From: a virus
DNA: 64,000 bases
Virus record (IMG/VR): IMGVR_UViG_3300033545_000001
Span: 55,393 to 119,392 of that record
Strand: one strand, 5' to 3'
Below the pieces are notes generated by a model that saw only the letters and a list, made by a program, of their open reading frames with translations, did not search any database and had not been told where the DNA came from. Below are positions 25,667-36,700 of the stretch, piece after piece (the stretch's first letter is position 1; every line of letters starts with the position of its first letter). A program made the translations under genes and the position numbers.

Positions 25667-26136
25667 TGGCTGGCTACAGTAATCTTAGAACTTCATACAG
25701 TTCTATTGTTCAGGTTAGGCGATTGGTAGCTGGATCTGGACCAGGACGTATAAATGGAGCCCCTAACTATACTTGGGGCAATTCTTCAGATATCATTGAC
25801 GACTATTGGGGAGTTCCTGGCCAGATGCAGTGCCGTTTGGACGTACAGTTTGTACGTCCTGGTAGTGGAGCTCCTATGCCTGCTGAATCAGCTACAGTGA
25901 TTCCTCGTGTTGGAACTGTATTCTATGATATTCCAGACGATCCTTCCTATGTAAGGGCTGGAGATCATTTAATAGGTATATCAGGAGCTTTCGCTGGAAA
26001 TACTTTTGAAATAAGAGTTATTCCTGAACCAGCTCAAGACTATTTTGGCCCAACACACATGGAAGCTCAAATAGTAGAGATTGCTATTGATCTTGATCTA
26101 TACCCAGGAGTTGAGCCGGGAAGTATCACGAGGTGA
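25666..26136 (+). CDS. head closure/stopper protein
   Basis: TGATG coupling; 'VRAGD...H.E' pattern; synteny. Confidence 0.55.
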   Translation: MAGYSNLRTSYSSIVQVRRLVAGSGPGRINGAPNYTWGNSSDIIDDYWGVPGQMQCRLDVQFVRPGSGAPMPAESATVIPRVGTVFYDIPDDPSYVRAGDHLIGISGAFAGNTFEIRVIPEPAQDYFGPTHMEAQIVEIAIDLDLYPGVEPGSITR

Positions 26137-26139
26137 TGT

Positions 26140-26886
26140 ATGTCAGAGAAGATACATGTCACTGTTGATACTAGTCAGGTAGATAAAGAGCTTAACAGGC
26201 TTATACAAGCTCCTGATATGAAGACTACAGTTGCCTTCAACAGTCTATTCGCTGAAATTACGGCTGAGGTTATGGCCATCATTCACGTAGAGACAGGTTC
26301 CCTTAAGACAACTGCTAGATGGGAAGTAGATCCTTTTCCAACAGGCTGGCAGGGAACTGTCCATGTCGGTGGAGCAGCTCCAGGCGAGATTAATGATCCT
26401 GCATACTATGGCGTGTTCGAATTGGCACGTGGAGGATCTCACTTTTTCTTCGCTCCTGCCTATGCCGAAGTGCCTTCAAAGATGACAGACATTATTATGG
26501 ACTTCTTTGCTGGTGGGGATGCTGGTATGGCAGAACAAGCTGCCACTCCGACACCAGGAATTGGAGGAGCTGCAAAACTTCTCGGTAAGTCTGTAGAAGG
26601 AACTGCCAGGCATGAGGCTAAGAATACAGAGAAGAAAGTCAAGAAGAAGGTAGAGAAGACTTTCGAGCAGATGGCGAAAGAGGAAGAACGTAGGAATGAG
26701 AAACTATTTCCTGGTGCTTACTCTGGTCGTGGTGGAGAAGGTTTGAAGAGATCTGCCAGTACAAAGGCTGCTCAAGAAGGAGCAGAATCTAGTGATCGTA
26801 CAGCTGAGGCTAGTAAATTGTACGGAATAGATTCCCCTAAAATAAAGCCTCATCGCGTCACTAGGGCACGTAGGAGAAACTTCTAA
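26140..26886 (+). CDS. neck protein (HK97 gp10-like) with basic extension
   Basis: 'HVETGSLK', 'YGVFE'. Confidence 0.55.
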   Translation: MSEKIHVTVDTSQVDKELNRLIQAPDMKTTVAFNSLFAEITAEVMAIIHVETGSLKTTARWEVDPFPTGWQGTVHVGGAAPGEINDPAYYGVFELARGGSHFFFAPAYAEVPSKMTDIIMDFFAGGDAGMAEQAATPTPGIGGAAKLLGKSVEGTARHEAKNTEKKVKKKVEKTFEQMAKEEERRNEKLFPGAYSGRGGEGLKRSASTKAAQEGAESSDRTAEASKLYGIDSPKIKPHRVTRARRRNF

Positions 26887-27437
26887 TGGCTATTATAGCT
26901 GGTAACAATAATTATCCTGATGACATTGTGCGCGGCTGTGTAAAGTATCTACTTGGCATACCTGATGTCGCCAATATTGTAGGAGCTGATTTCAACGGTC
27001 CTTGGATATTTGAAGGTACCTGCGGGGTTAGAATGCAAGGTCAGTCTGTCAAGACTCCAGGCAGCGCAGTGACTTCTCTAGTAGTATACAGGGCTGGTAA
27101 TTGGGGCACTCCAGCGCCAGGCATGACTGCTGAATTTCCGAAGTTGGGATTTGAAATCTGGGCAGATCCTCCCAGAGAGATTAATCCCGATACTGGAAAG
27201 GGAGAAGTAACTCGTCCACAAGATGCTAGAATAGCATCTGACTATCTTTACAGTGCTTTAGACTATTACATGAATAGAACATCCCGAGGATTGGTGATGT
27301 TCGGTGATGTATATACATGGGATTCAGTAAGACTGTCTTCAATGTCTTATCTTCCCACAATGCCTGCTGATGATCATACTACTATGGGCACATGCTCATA
27401 TGGGATACAGACAGCAAACTTCTTTACTCCTTCTTAA
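26886..27437 (+). CDS. tail terminator
   Basis: Synteny and size. Confidence 0.5.
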   Translation: MAIIAGNNNYPDDIVRGCVKYLLGIPDVANIVGADFNGPWIFEGTCGVRMQGQSVKTPGSAVTSLVVYRAGNWGTPAPGMTAEFPKLGFEIWADPPREINPDTGKGEVTRPQDARIASDYLYSALDYYMNRTSRGLVMFGDVYTWDSVRLSSMSYLPTMPADDHTTMGTCSYGIQTANFFTPS

Positions 27438-27463
27438 ATAATCATACTTGAGCCCTGGAGGCC

Positions 27464-28639
27464 ATGATGTTACAGAACGAAGGACCGCTCAAGGTCCTTA
27501 TCTCTGCTCCTATGTCACGATACAGTGGTTACGGATCAGATGGAATTGATATGGCTTTGGCCCTTGCAGGTAAAGGCGTAGATGTTTATTTGCAGCCAAC
27601 CAATGTACAGCCTCCACTTCCACAAGAAGTCGCCAACCTTCTTACGAAGAATCTAGAAGCTCCTTTTGATCTTATGATTCACCATGTAGATCCAGGTCAG
27701 CTTAATGCTCGTGAAGAACAGCGTGTGGCTTGTGACCTAGTTATTGGATGGTCCATGTGGGAATTCTCAACATTGGATAATCTTTCAGGTAAGTCTTCAT
27801 TCAAGAAGCGCACTAAGAACTTTGATGCTCTTGTAGGATACACTGATGTGTGTAAGGGAGCCTTTGAAGATTATGCTCCTAAGAAGATGCCCATAGGAGT
27901 TCTTCAAGGCGGTTTTGACGCTGATCGTTGGAACTACATGGAACGTGATTGGTTCAGTCCTAGATTTAGCTTCATTATGAATGGTCAGCTAGGGGATAGA
28001 AAGAATCCTTGGGTAGCTATTGCTGCTTTCCAAGAATTGAAGGATGAGTATCCTGAAGAGTTTGAACCAGCAGAATTTCATCTTCATACTACAGTAAGAA
28101 CTATTCCTCCCATCATTGAGGAAGCAATCCCCAAGCTTAGAATACATTATCAGACATTTACTGATAATGAGATGCATGCATTCTATAAGAGTGGTCATGT
28201 TCTTCTTGCTCCTTCCAGAGGAGAAGGAAAGAATCTTCCGGCTCTTGAGATGTTCTCAGCTGGTGGAAGTGTAATCTACACTAATTGGGGCGGACATAAA
28301 AACTGGGGCTCTGATATGTATGGCTATCCTATCGATTATAATCTTGTGCCTATCGGTAGCAGCAAGTATCCTGACTGCAAGTGGGCTGAAATCGACAAGG
28401 ATGAATTAAAGGCAACAATGCTTCATTGCTTCCGTAACAGAGACGAAGTAAGGCTTAAGGGATTAAATGGGTCTAGATTCATTCCAGAAGCTTTCTCCTG
28501 GGATACTGTTATGGATCAGTTCTTTAGAAATCTTCCAGACCTTATACCTGGTAAGGGTCATGAAGTCAAGATGAAGTATGATGATGTACTTCGTGAAACT
28601 TCTAGAAGGTATACGAGTCGAGGCGTTAGATATGCCTGA
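27464..28639 (+). CDS. GT-B (GT4-like) glycosyltransferase within the tail module
   Basis: 'SGYG', 'RKN', 'PSRGEGKNLPALE'. Confidence 0.85.
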   Translation: MMLQNEGPLKVLISAPMSRYSGYGSDGIDMALALAGKGVDVYLQPTNVQPPLPQEVANLLTKNLEAPFDLMIHHVDPGQLNAREEQRVACDLVIGWSMWEFSTLDNLSGKSSFKKRTKNFDALVGYTDVCKGAFEDYAPKKMPIGVLQGGFDADRWNYMERDWFSPRFSFIMNGQLGDRKNPWVAIAAFQELKDEYPEEFEPAEFHLHTTVRTIPPIIEEAIPKLRIHYQTFTDNEMHAFYKSGHVLLAPSRGEGKNLPALEMFSAGGSVIYTNWGGHKNWGSDMYGYPIDYNLVPIGSSKYPDCKWAEIDKDELKATMLHCFRNRDEVRLKGLNGSRFIPEAFSWDTVMDQFFRNLPDLIPGKGHEVKMKYDDVLRETSRRYTSRGVRYA

Positions 28640-28916
28640 GGTTGAAATTAGATGCCCTGAAGGGCCTCAGCGATTATTCATGAAGATGAGGCTGAGTGAT
28701 AATGCTGATGAGCGTCCTCATATAATTCAAGGTCTCAACTTGATGGAACTTGCTTGTTCCGATTGTGCCAGAGCTTACCGCAAAAGAGATCCAGAAATAT
28801 TCAGAATACTTCATCGTTATGCCATAGATGGAGATCTGGTAGAAAGCATAGTACAGTATAAAGATGGATCTGAAGTGATTAACAGCATATGGGATGTAAC
28901 TGCCGATTATAAGTAG
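28632..28916 (+). CDS. small Cys/His protein
   Basis: 'RCP...ACSDC...H'. Confidence 0.55.
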   Translation: MPEVEIRCPEGPQRLFMKMRLSDNADERPHIIQGLNLMELACSDCARAYRKRDPEIFRILHRYAIDGDLVESIVQYKDGSEVINSIWDVTADYK

Positions 28917-28970
28917 GAGAGGCCGTGAGCCTCAGCTTACGCACTTTCTGTATAGTGAGGTTTATACAAT

Positions 28971-29579
28971 ATGGCACAGCTCTTCTCAGGGAATGACGAA
29001 GCCTTCTCTCTGATTGCGGCTTCTATTCTTAACGGAACTACTGGCGCTGAAGCTCAGCCCATCTATGGTATCCGTACAGGAACCCTATCTGCTAACATCA
29101 GCCAGTTTGACAATACTGGTAATGACCGTGTGCTATCGCACTGGGTATGGTCAGACTACGCCACAGTGACAATTGAGTCTGGATACATTCCATGGGCAAT
29201 GTATGCTAACATTACTGGTACATCTATTACATCTTCAGGTACAGCTGGCGCTGACTACTACGCCTTGCCTCTCTGGGACTACAATTCGCTGAACCAGCCA
29301 ACTCAGTCAATGCGTCTACGTTCTGCTTCTAAGGATTCCCTTGGACAAGTTCGTACATTTGACATGATTCTTTACAAGGTTCAGTTCAACCCAATCAACT
29401 TCACAGGTCCAGCTTACAAGACAGGTCTTACCTTCTCTTGCTCTGGAACTGCCTTGTACTCTCAGTTTGACGAGGCTGGAAACACTCTAACCAACCTATG
29501 TATTGGTAGAATCGTTTCTTCTCCTGGACAGGCTGGATTCTCAACAACAGCCTCTTACGGTCAAGGTCTTTCTACCTGA
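28971..29579 (+). CDS. major tail tube protein
   Basis: 202 aa upstream of chaperones and tape measure, followed by GNRA-loop hairpin. Confidence 0.75.
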   Translation: MAQLFSGNDEAFSLIAASILNGTTGAEAQPIYGIRTGTLSANISQFDNTGNDRVLSHWVWSDYATVTIESGYIPWAMYANITGTSITSSGTAGADYYALPLWDYNSLNQPTQSMRLRSASKDSLGQVRTFDMILYKVQFNPINFTGPAYKTGLTFSCSGTALYSQFDEAGNTLTNLCIGRIVSSPGQAGFSTTASYGQGLST

Positions 29580-29602
29580 TCTTAGTCAGATGCTCGTGGG
29601 AT

Positions 29603-29622
29603 GGCCCCTCGCAAGAGGGGCC
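29603..29622 (+). terminator. hairpin after major tail gene
   Basis: GGCCCCTC-GCAA-GAGGGGCC, weak U tail. Confidence 0.55.
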
Positions 29623-29680
29623 TCTCCCTTAAAACTTAATATAACATTAATTATCGATAAGCCTCGGAGGCTAGAAACTA

Positions 29681-30253
29681 ATGTCTGAACTAGACGCGCT
29701 TGATCCCGTACCAGGTACTATTACTTTATCCACTGGTGCTGAGGTCAAGCTTCTTGATTTGAAGGCCCGACAGTTCTTCAAGCTGCTACGTATCATTTCT
29801 CATGGTCCAGCTATGGCAGCTCTCTCTAACTCTAATAACCTGCTTCAGGGCGATCCTGAAGCAGTTGTTATGCGTCTAGTCGGATTCCTTCTAGTGAGTA
29901 TCCCAGATGCTTACGATGAGACACTTGCATTCCTTCAGGACATGGTACAGCCAATTGATCTTAAGGAAATTCCTACCAATGGTGACAAGGTATCAAAACA
30001 GTCTGCCACTGAGCATAATCAGGCACAGTGGAATGAACTTGCCAAGGCTTTGGACAATCCAGAGATCGAAGATGTTGTAGATCTAGTAGACGCCATTATC
30101 AAGCGTGAGTCAGCTGATCTGGTGGCCCTGGGAAAAAAGGTAGCCAGCCTGTTCCGAGTAGCGGAGAAGACAGGCCAGTTAGAGAAGCCTACACCCCAGA
30201 AATCCCAGGGTCAGAGTACCTCGGGGGCTTCAGCAAAGCGTTCGACACGATAA
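29681..30253 (+). CDS. tail assembly chaperone (G)
   Basis: Synteny; contains slippery GGGAAAA. Confidence 0.8.
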   Translation: MSELDALDPVPGTITLSTGAEVKLLDLKARQFFKLLRIISHGPAMAALSNSNNLLQGDPEAVVMRLVGFLLVSIPDAYDETLAFLQDMVQPIDLKEIPTNGDKVSKQSATEHNQAQWNELAKALDNPEIEDVVDLVDAIIKRESADLVALGKKVASLFRVAEKTGQLEKPTPQKSQGQSTSGASAKRSTR

Positions 30254-30705
30254 GTTCTGAGTATGGATGGTCAGACAAGAAGGTAATGAATCTGACCATT
30301 AAGCGTATCAGGCAGATCACTGCTGCTATAGCTGAGAGAAAGTTCTATGAGGACAAGAGAAATCGTTCTTACAGTACTTGGACCGTGCAATCTCTAGCTC
30401 ATATTATAGCCTCTAATGGAATGTTGGATGAGAAGAGTTCTAAGAAGATTCATGAGTATATTAGTGAAGACATATTCTTAGAAATCCCAGCTGAGCGTGA
30501 AATCAGAGAGAAGCAGAAGGTCAAGGATATTGCCAATAGTTTCAAAGATCTTGGCGATTACGAGCGTATCATGCAAAATCTTCCAGAAGGCTTTACTGGG
30601 GGAATGGGAGCTATGGGAGGGCTCGCGGCTATTGCTGAAACTTCCTCAAGTGGTGAAATGTTAATTAGTATTGCCGATCTACCTGACGGCCCTCCTGAGC
30701 TGTAA
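30130..30705 (+). CDS. tail assembly chaperone T portion reached by -1 frameshift
   Basis: G GGA AAA at 30130-30136; -1 frame open into ORF 30286..30705. Confidence 0.8.
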   Translation, partial: GKKGSQPVPSSGEDRPVREAYTPEIPGSEYLGGFSKAFDTISSEYGWSDKKVMNLTIKRIRQITAAIAERKFYEDKRNRSYSTWTVQSLAHIIASNGMLDEKSSKKIHEYISEDIFLEIPAEREIREKQKVKDIANSFKDLGDYERIMQNLPEGFTGGMGAMGGLAAIAETSSSGEMLISIADLPDGPPEL

Positions 30706-30737
30706 GAAGGTCGATAGTAGTATTGGATAGACTTAGA

Positions 30738-30770
30738 ACCGACACAGACTATCTGTGTCGGTTTCTTTGT
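30738..30770 (+). terminator. terminator-like hairpin upstream of tape measure
   Basis: ACCGACACAGA-CTA-TCTGTGTCGGT followed by TTCTTT. Confidence 0.55.
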
Positions 30771-30796
30771 TAGAGCGCATGACGCGGAGGTAAGCA

Positions 30797-33700
30797 GTGC
30801 CTAGTGTACCTGGAGATCACACATACGATGTGGTTTATCGCGCAACTGCTGACTTCACAGATCTCTTCGCTGAAGTAGCAGCAGCCAAGGCTGCGATGGA
30901 AGAGCTCAAAGAGAGCACTGACGATACCAACTCTTCTAGTGAAGATGGCGCTAAGGCCGCCGCAGATGCTGAGGAAGCTCGCACTAAGGCGATGCAGGAT
31001 GCCTCAAAGGCAGCCAAGGAATATGAGCAGCAGCAATTGTTGCTCAACAAGGCTGAGAACAATGGCTTCAACACGCCCCAGGAAGCTAAAGCTTTCCGTG
31101 ATCAAGATACTCAGAGTCTTTTACAGCACAACATTCAAGAAAATGGTGGACGCACAAGTCCAGACCAGGCTCTTCAAGATATTCGCAATAAGACTGCTGC
31201 CCTAAATAGTGAGAATGCATCTCTTGCTGAAATGCGAGAGACCATTGATGAGTCCACTAACTCTCTCCAGGATGCCAGTAAGGCAGCTCAAGATTTTCAA
31301 GACAGCCTAGAAGATCTTGAAGAAGGTTCTCAGGATGTTAAGCAGGCTGTAGAAGATACAGGTCAAGCTCTAGATGATTTCTCTTCTAAGTCTAAGAGTG
31401 CTGGAAGTAATGCTTCTCAAACTGGAAACAATCTAAAAGATATTGCTGAGGGAGCTTCTATAGCTGCCAGGGGTATTGATGATGTAAATCAATCTCTTGA
31501 TGAAAGCTCTAAGGCATTTTTGGAATATCAGCAAGCTCGCAAAGATGCCAACTCTGCTGCAAACCAGACTCCTACAACTTCATTAAACACTTCTATTGGC
31601 AATGCCTCAACTGACATTGAAGAGGCCATGCGTGAGCAAGCAGCAGCAATTGCTGCTGCCAATCAGTCTCGCAATAACATGTCAGCTGAATCGTTAGCAG
31701 AGTCAGCTGAAAAGAATGCTGCAAACAATGTCTCTACTGGGCTGTTCTCGGCAGAGGCTCTTAATGGCGCAAAGAACTTTGCAGAAGAAGTAGAGGAAGA
31801 AGTAACTCCTGCTGTCAAGAATGCTGACAGTGCTTTGAAGGCTGCTGGGCAATCTGCTTCTGGTCTAAGCGATGAATTTGAAGCTTCTACTGCTCAAGGT
31901 GTTGTTTTATCAGCTGCTATGGCTGACGTGGACAAGAAGGTAGAAGGACTTTCTAATAACCTCAGCAGCGGCTTCTCTTCTGCTTTTGTTAAGCAGCTGG
32001 GTGGAGTTCTCAAGGATTACAATTCTGTAGCTAAGGCCGCTACTGGCTTAGATGACCCTTCTGCACGTCAGTGGGTAGTTGATACAGGCAATGAACTTGA
32101 CAGTCTGGCTGTGCAGCTTCAGGAGACTCAGAAGGGCATAGAGGGAGTTGGAGGAGCATTTGAATCCTCTGGGGATGATGCTGACAACTTCGGAACTGTG
32201 CTTTCAAAGGTTAATAGTGCGTCTGCTGTAATTCTAGCTAGTAACCTAGAATCTATTGAGAACAAGCTAGCTAAGATGCACAGCGATCTTGAGACTGGCG
32301 GTAATGACTGGGATACCTTTGCATCAAGTATTGCCAAGACTAACTCGCAGCTGAATGCTGCCACAAAGCAAGCAGCTGCACTAGATGATCCTGCTGCTAA
32401 GAATGCTGTAACTGATCTTAAGATTGCATTCGATTCTTTGTCTATGCAGGCATTGGCATCTAGAGATGATGTTGATGTATTCACTGCTTCTGAAATGAAG
32501 AACAGTGCAGCTTCGGTAATTCTAGCTAGTAATATAGAAGCTATTGAAGACAAGCTCACTAAGATGAGCACTGATCTAGAAGCTGGTGGAAACGACTGGG
32601 ATGCCTTCTCAGTAAGTATTGCTAAGACCAACGCTCAGCTTAACGCTGCTTCGAAGCAGGCAGATGCTCTAGATGATCCTGATGCAAAGAATGCTGTCAA
32701 TGATTTGAAGGAAGCCTTTGGTTACCTATCTCAGCAGGCACTTGCATCTAAGGACGACCTAGATGTATTCACTGCTGCTGAGAGCAAGAACAGTGCAACT
32801 TCTGTACTGCTTTCTAGTAACATAGACAGTGTAAGGTCTAAGGTAGACGATCTAGAGAATTCTCTGAAGTCTGGGGACTCTGCCTGGAATGACTTCATTG
32901 TAGCTCTAACTAAGGCCAACACTGAGTTGGCAGGCGTAGGAAAGCAGGCTGGGACTCTAGGAGATACTGAATCTAGAAATTCTATAAATGCTCTACAGCT
33001 AGCTCTTAATGATATAGCTGTACAGGCTCTAGGCTCTAAAGATGATTTGGGAGCATTCAAGACTGCTGAGGATGTGGCAGCTGAGAGTGCTGCCAAGCTT
33101 GCTGCTGCCACAAAAGATGCAAAGACAGCTGCCTATGAGGCAACAACCACTTATAAAATATTCGCTAGTGGCCTTAAGGCAATTTCTAATGAATTTGCAT
33201 CTTTGTCTGCTCAGACAAAAGCAGAAGGCGGAGGAAGTGGATTCTTAGGATTCCTAGGTAATTTCTTAGGTGGAGGACTTAGCGGAGTTTCTTCAGGATT
33301 CAATGCTCTAGCTACTGCTGCTGGAAGCGCACTTCCCCTAGTTCTAGGTCTTTCTGTAGCTATTCCTGCTGTTGCTACAGCTATTGTAGGTCTTGCCACA
33401 ATAGTTGGAGGTTTAGTAGGCGCTATGGCGCCAATGGTGGGTATATTTATCACCTTCTTGCCTATTATTCTAGGTGTGGCAGAGGCTGCTGGAGTTCTAT
33501 ATCTTGCTATTGAACCACTGATCTCTGCTGTCAATGAATTCAGACAGGCTACTACCAAGAGCGGAGCAGAAGCTGCCCTCAAGGGACTTAGTCCTGTCAT
33601 GGCACAGGCAGCTAAAGACATTGCTGGATTTATCAAGGCTCTTACTGGAGCTAAGGGAGCCCTTAAGGATATTGGCACTGAGGTATTCTCTCCTCTCCTG

Positions 33701-36700
33701 GGATCTCTTAGTAAGTTAAGTACTGTAATTAAGCCTGTTGAAGAGGCTTTGAATACAATGGCTGGAGCTGCGGGTAAGTTCCTACAGCCAGTTCTTGCTG
33801 GATTCGTCAATTTCTTGGACAGCTCTAATTTCCAAACCTTGACAAAAGCAGCTGCTGACGGACTTGTGTACTTTGGTGGAACTGTATCCAACTTCCTAGA
33901 TGCTTTGGGCAAGTTGGCAACTGATGCTGCTCCTTACACAGTTCAAATTGCTAAGATATTTGATGATCTGTCAAAGGCTCTAAATACATCTGTATCTGTA
34001 GGATCTAGTGATGGAAGTATCAGCACATTCCTCAATCAGATGATGACAGGATTTGGAATCCTGTTTAACATCATCAGTGGAATCTTTGATATTCTAGCCA
34101 AGTGGGGTCCTGCTCTTGCTCCTATTGGCAATCTTATTGGAAATGATCTAGCTAAGGGACTCCATGATGCAGCTAATGCTGCTGACAGTGTTGACTTTAA
34201 GCAGTGGAACAGTGAGCTTACCCAGTTCATTTCAGGAATTGGAACAGCGGCCAAGGGTATTGGTACACTATTTGCAGCTCTAGTAAATAACAAGTTCCTA
34301 GGATTCCTTGGAGACATCCTTACTGATATTGGACATATTGCTACTGCTCTGGCTCCTATTGTCAAGTTCTTTACTGACATTGTTGCAGGATCTCTACCTG
34401 CTCTACAGAAGATATTCAATGATATCTCTGGTGTAGTAGTGGGCATATTGAAGCCTATTGATGACTTCCTGGATAAGGTAGAGCAGAACAAGGACGCCAT
34501 GAAGGTCCTTTCCGGAATCTTCACTGCTTTGGCTTCTCTGGTTATCGCTGGAAGTGTTCTCTCATTCTTCAGCATGCTGGGAGGATTGGCAGGTAAGGGA
34601 TTCTCAGGCCTTATAGATCTTATCAACAAGATCCCTGGAATCAATCTTCCTGGAGGATCAGGCGGAAGTAGTGGAAGTAGCACTCCCGTAGTAAGCGCTA
34701 TCAACAAGCTTGGTGTTGATGTAAGTGCTAATGCTGATGAGAATGCTGCAAAGATTGTCACAGCTATTACTGGGGAAGAGACTGAAGAAGGAGTAGCAGG
34801 AGAAGGTGAATCAGCAGCTGGTGCTGAAGCTGCTGGTATTGGAGCTACTGCTACTATTGCGGGCATTGTTACTGCTGTTTTGGCATTCCTTGGTGCAGGA
34901 TTCCTTATCTACGAGATTATTCATGGAGCTGCTGATCCTAATTCTACGGTTCACAGGGCTAACAGTTATGTTACTCAGCATGATGGGGCTAATTGGTGGG
35001 ACAGGGAAGTAGCTGGACCCGCTGATAGAGATGTGTATGATCCTACTGGCCGTGGAATTGCTGGCGCCGCTAAGGGTCTTGCTGATATTAATAAGACTGC
35101 TGTTCCTGACTTCTTTACAGATGACACTCAGTGGGAGAAGGATGCTAATAAGGCAATGATCGCATTCTTCACAGGTAACGCTGGTTGGGAGAAGGCATCT
35201 AATACAGCTATTCCTGACTTCTTCACAGACAAGTCTGAATGGGAAAGGACTGCGCAGAGAGCTGTAGGGGACTTCTTTACCAATAATGATGAGTGGGAGA
35301 AGGCTTCTGAAACAGCAGTTGGACATTTCTTCACAGACAACACTGCTTGGGAAAAGGCTGCTAATCATGCTATAGCTGATTTCTTTACAGACAATACTGG
35401 CTGGGAGAAGGCTGCTGATAAGTCTATTTCAGGGTGGTTCAGCAGTGCTGGCGAATGGTTCATGCGTGATGTGTATGAGCCTATCGAGAAGTGGGTAACT
35501 AACGACTTTGTCGGATTCTTCACTAACTCAGTAGCCCGCTGGTTTACTGATGCTGGCTCATGGTTCATGAGAGATGTTTATGAGCCTGTAAAGAATTGGG
35601 TTACTGGAGACTTTGTAAACTTCTTTACTAGCTCTATTCCTCACTGGTTCGATGATGTAACCACTTGGTTCATGAGAGATGTCTATAATCCAGTAGAGCA
35701 TTGGGTTATGAATGATATCCCTGGATTTTTCACTAATTCTATCCCTAACTGGTTCTCCAGTGTGTGGAAGGAATTCCAGAAGAATGTTGTTGATCCTATT
35801 GGTAACTGGCTGACGGGTACTGGAAGTGATTCACTGACAGGATTCTTTGAAGCTGGATTCAAGGATGCTCTTAACGCTGTAATCAAGGACGTATTCAACA
35901 ACGGACTTATCCATCTATTGAATGATGCTCTTGGTGTAGTAGGTCTGAAGATTCCTAACATTCCTACATTCGCAGCAGGAGGCCATGTACAAGGCAACCT
36001 AGGAGAAGCTGATAACAGCGATTCTGTATGGGCTAAACTGACTCCCGGAGAATTCGTTATTCGTAAGAGAGCTGCTGCTGCTCTTGGACCAGACACTCTG
36101 GCTCAATTGAATCAGGCAGACAGGCCAGGAGCTATTGGCAAGCACGCTAATGGAGGATACGCAGGAGCCTTCGCAGGCGGCGGTATAGTAGGAGACGTAG
36201 AAGGCTGGGGAAGCAGCCTGCTTTCAGGTGCTGAGGGCCTAGTAGGAGACGTGGCTAGCTGGGCTTCAAGTTTCGTCTCCGGAGCCCTACAGAGTACGTT
36301 TAATGAAGCTTACAAGGCTATCGTTAATCCTATCCTTGGCACCTTGCCTTCAGGCACTATTCCTACAGGAATGGCTACCTTGGCTGCTGGAAGTGTGAAG
36401 AATGCTGTAGATGTGTTCTTAGGAGCTCAGGATCAGAAGGCTGATGCTGCTGCAACAGGAGCAGTTGGAGGCTCTCTTCCAACTGGAGATCACAAGCAGA
36501 TCATTGTTGAAGCTCTTCAGGCTGCTGGAGTTGCTGCTAATCAATGGCCTGTGTGGGAAACAGGATTGAACACTCTTATTACAAGAGAGTCTAGTTGGAA
36601 TCCATCTTCTGTTAACACAACTGACTCTAACGCTGCTGCTGGGAATCCTTCAGAAGGACTTGCTCAGACAACTGGTACTACCTTCAATGAGTACCATGTG

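Noticed and set aside
30835-36096. Long minus-strand ORFs opposite the tape measure
   Set aside because: Antisense shadows of Ala/Ser/Leu-rich coding sequence; no starts or motifs.
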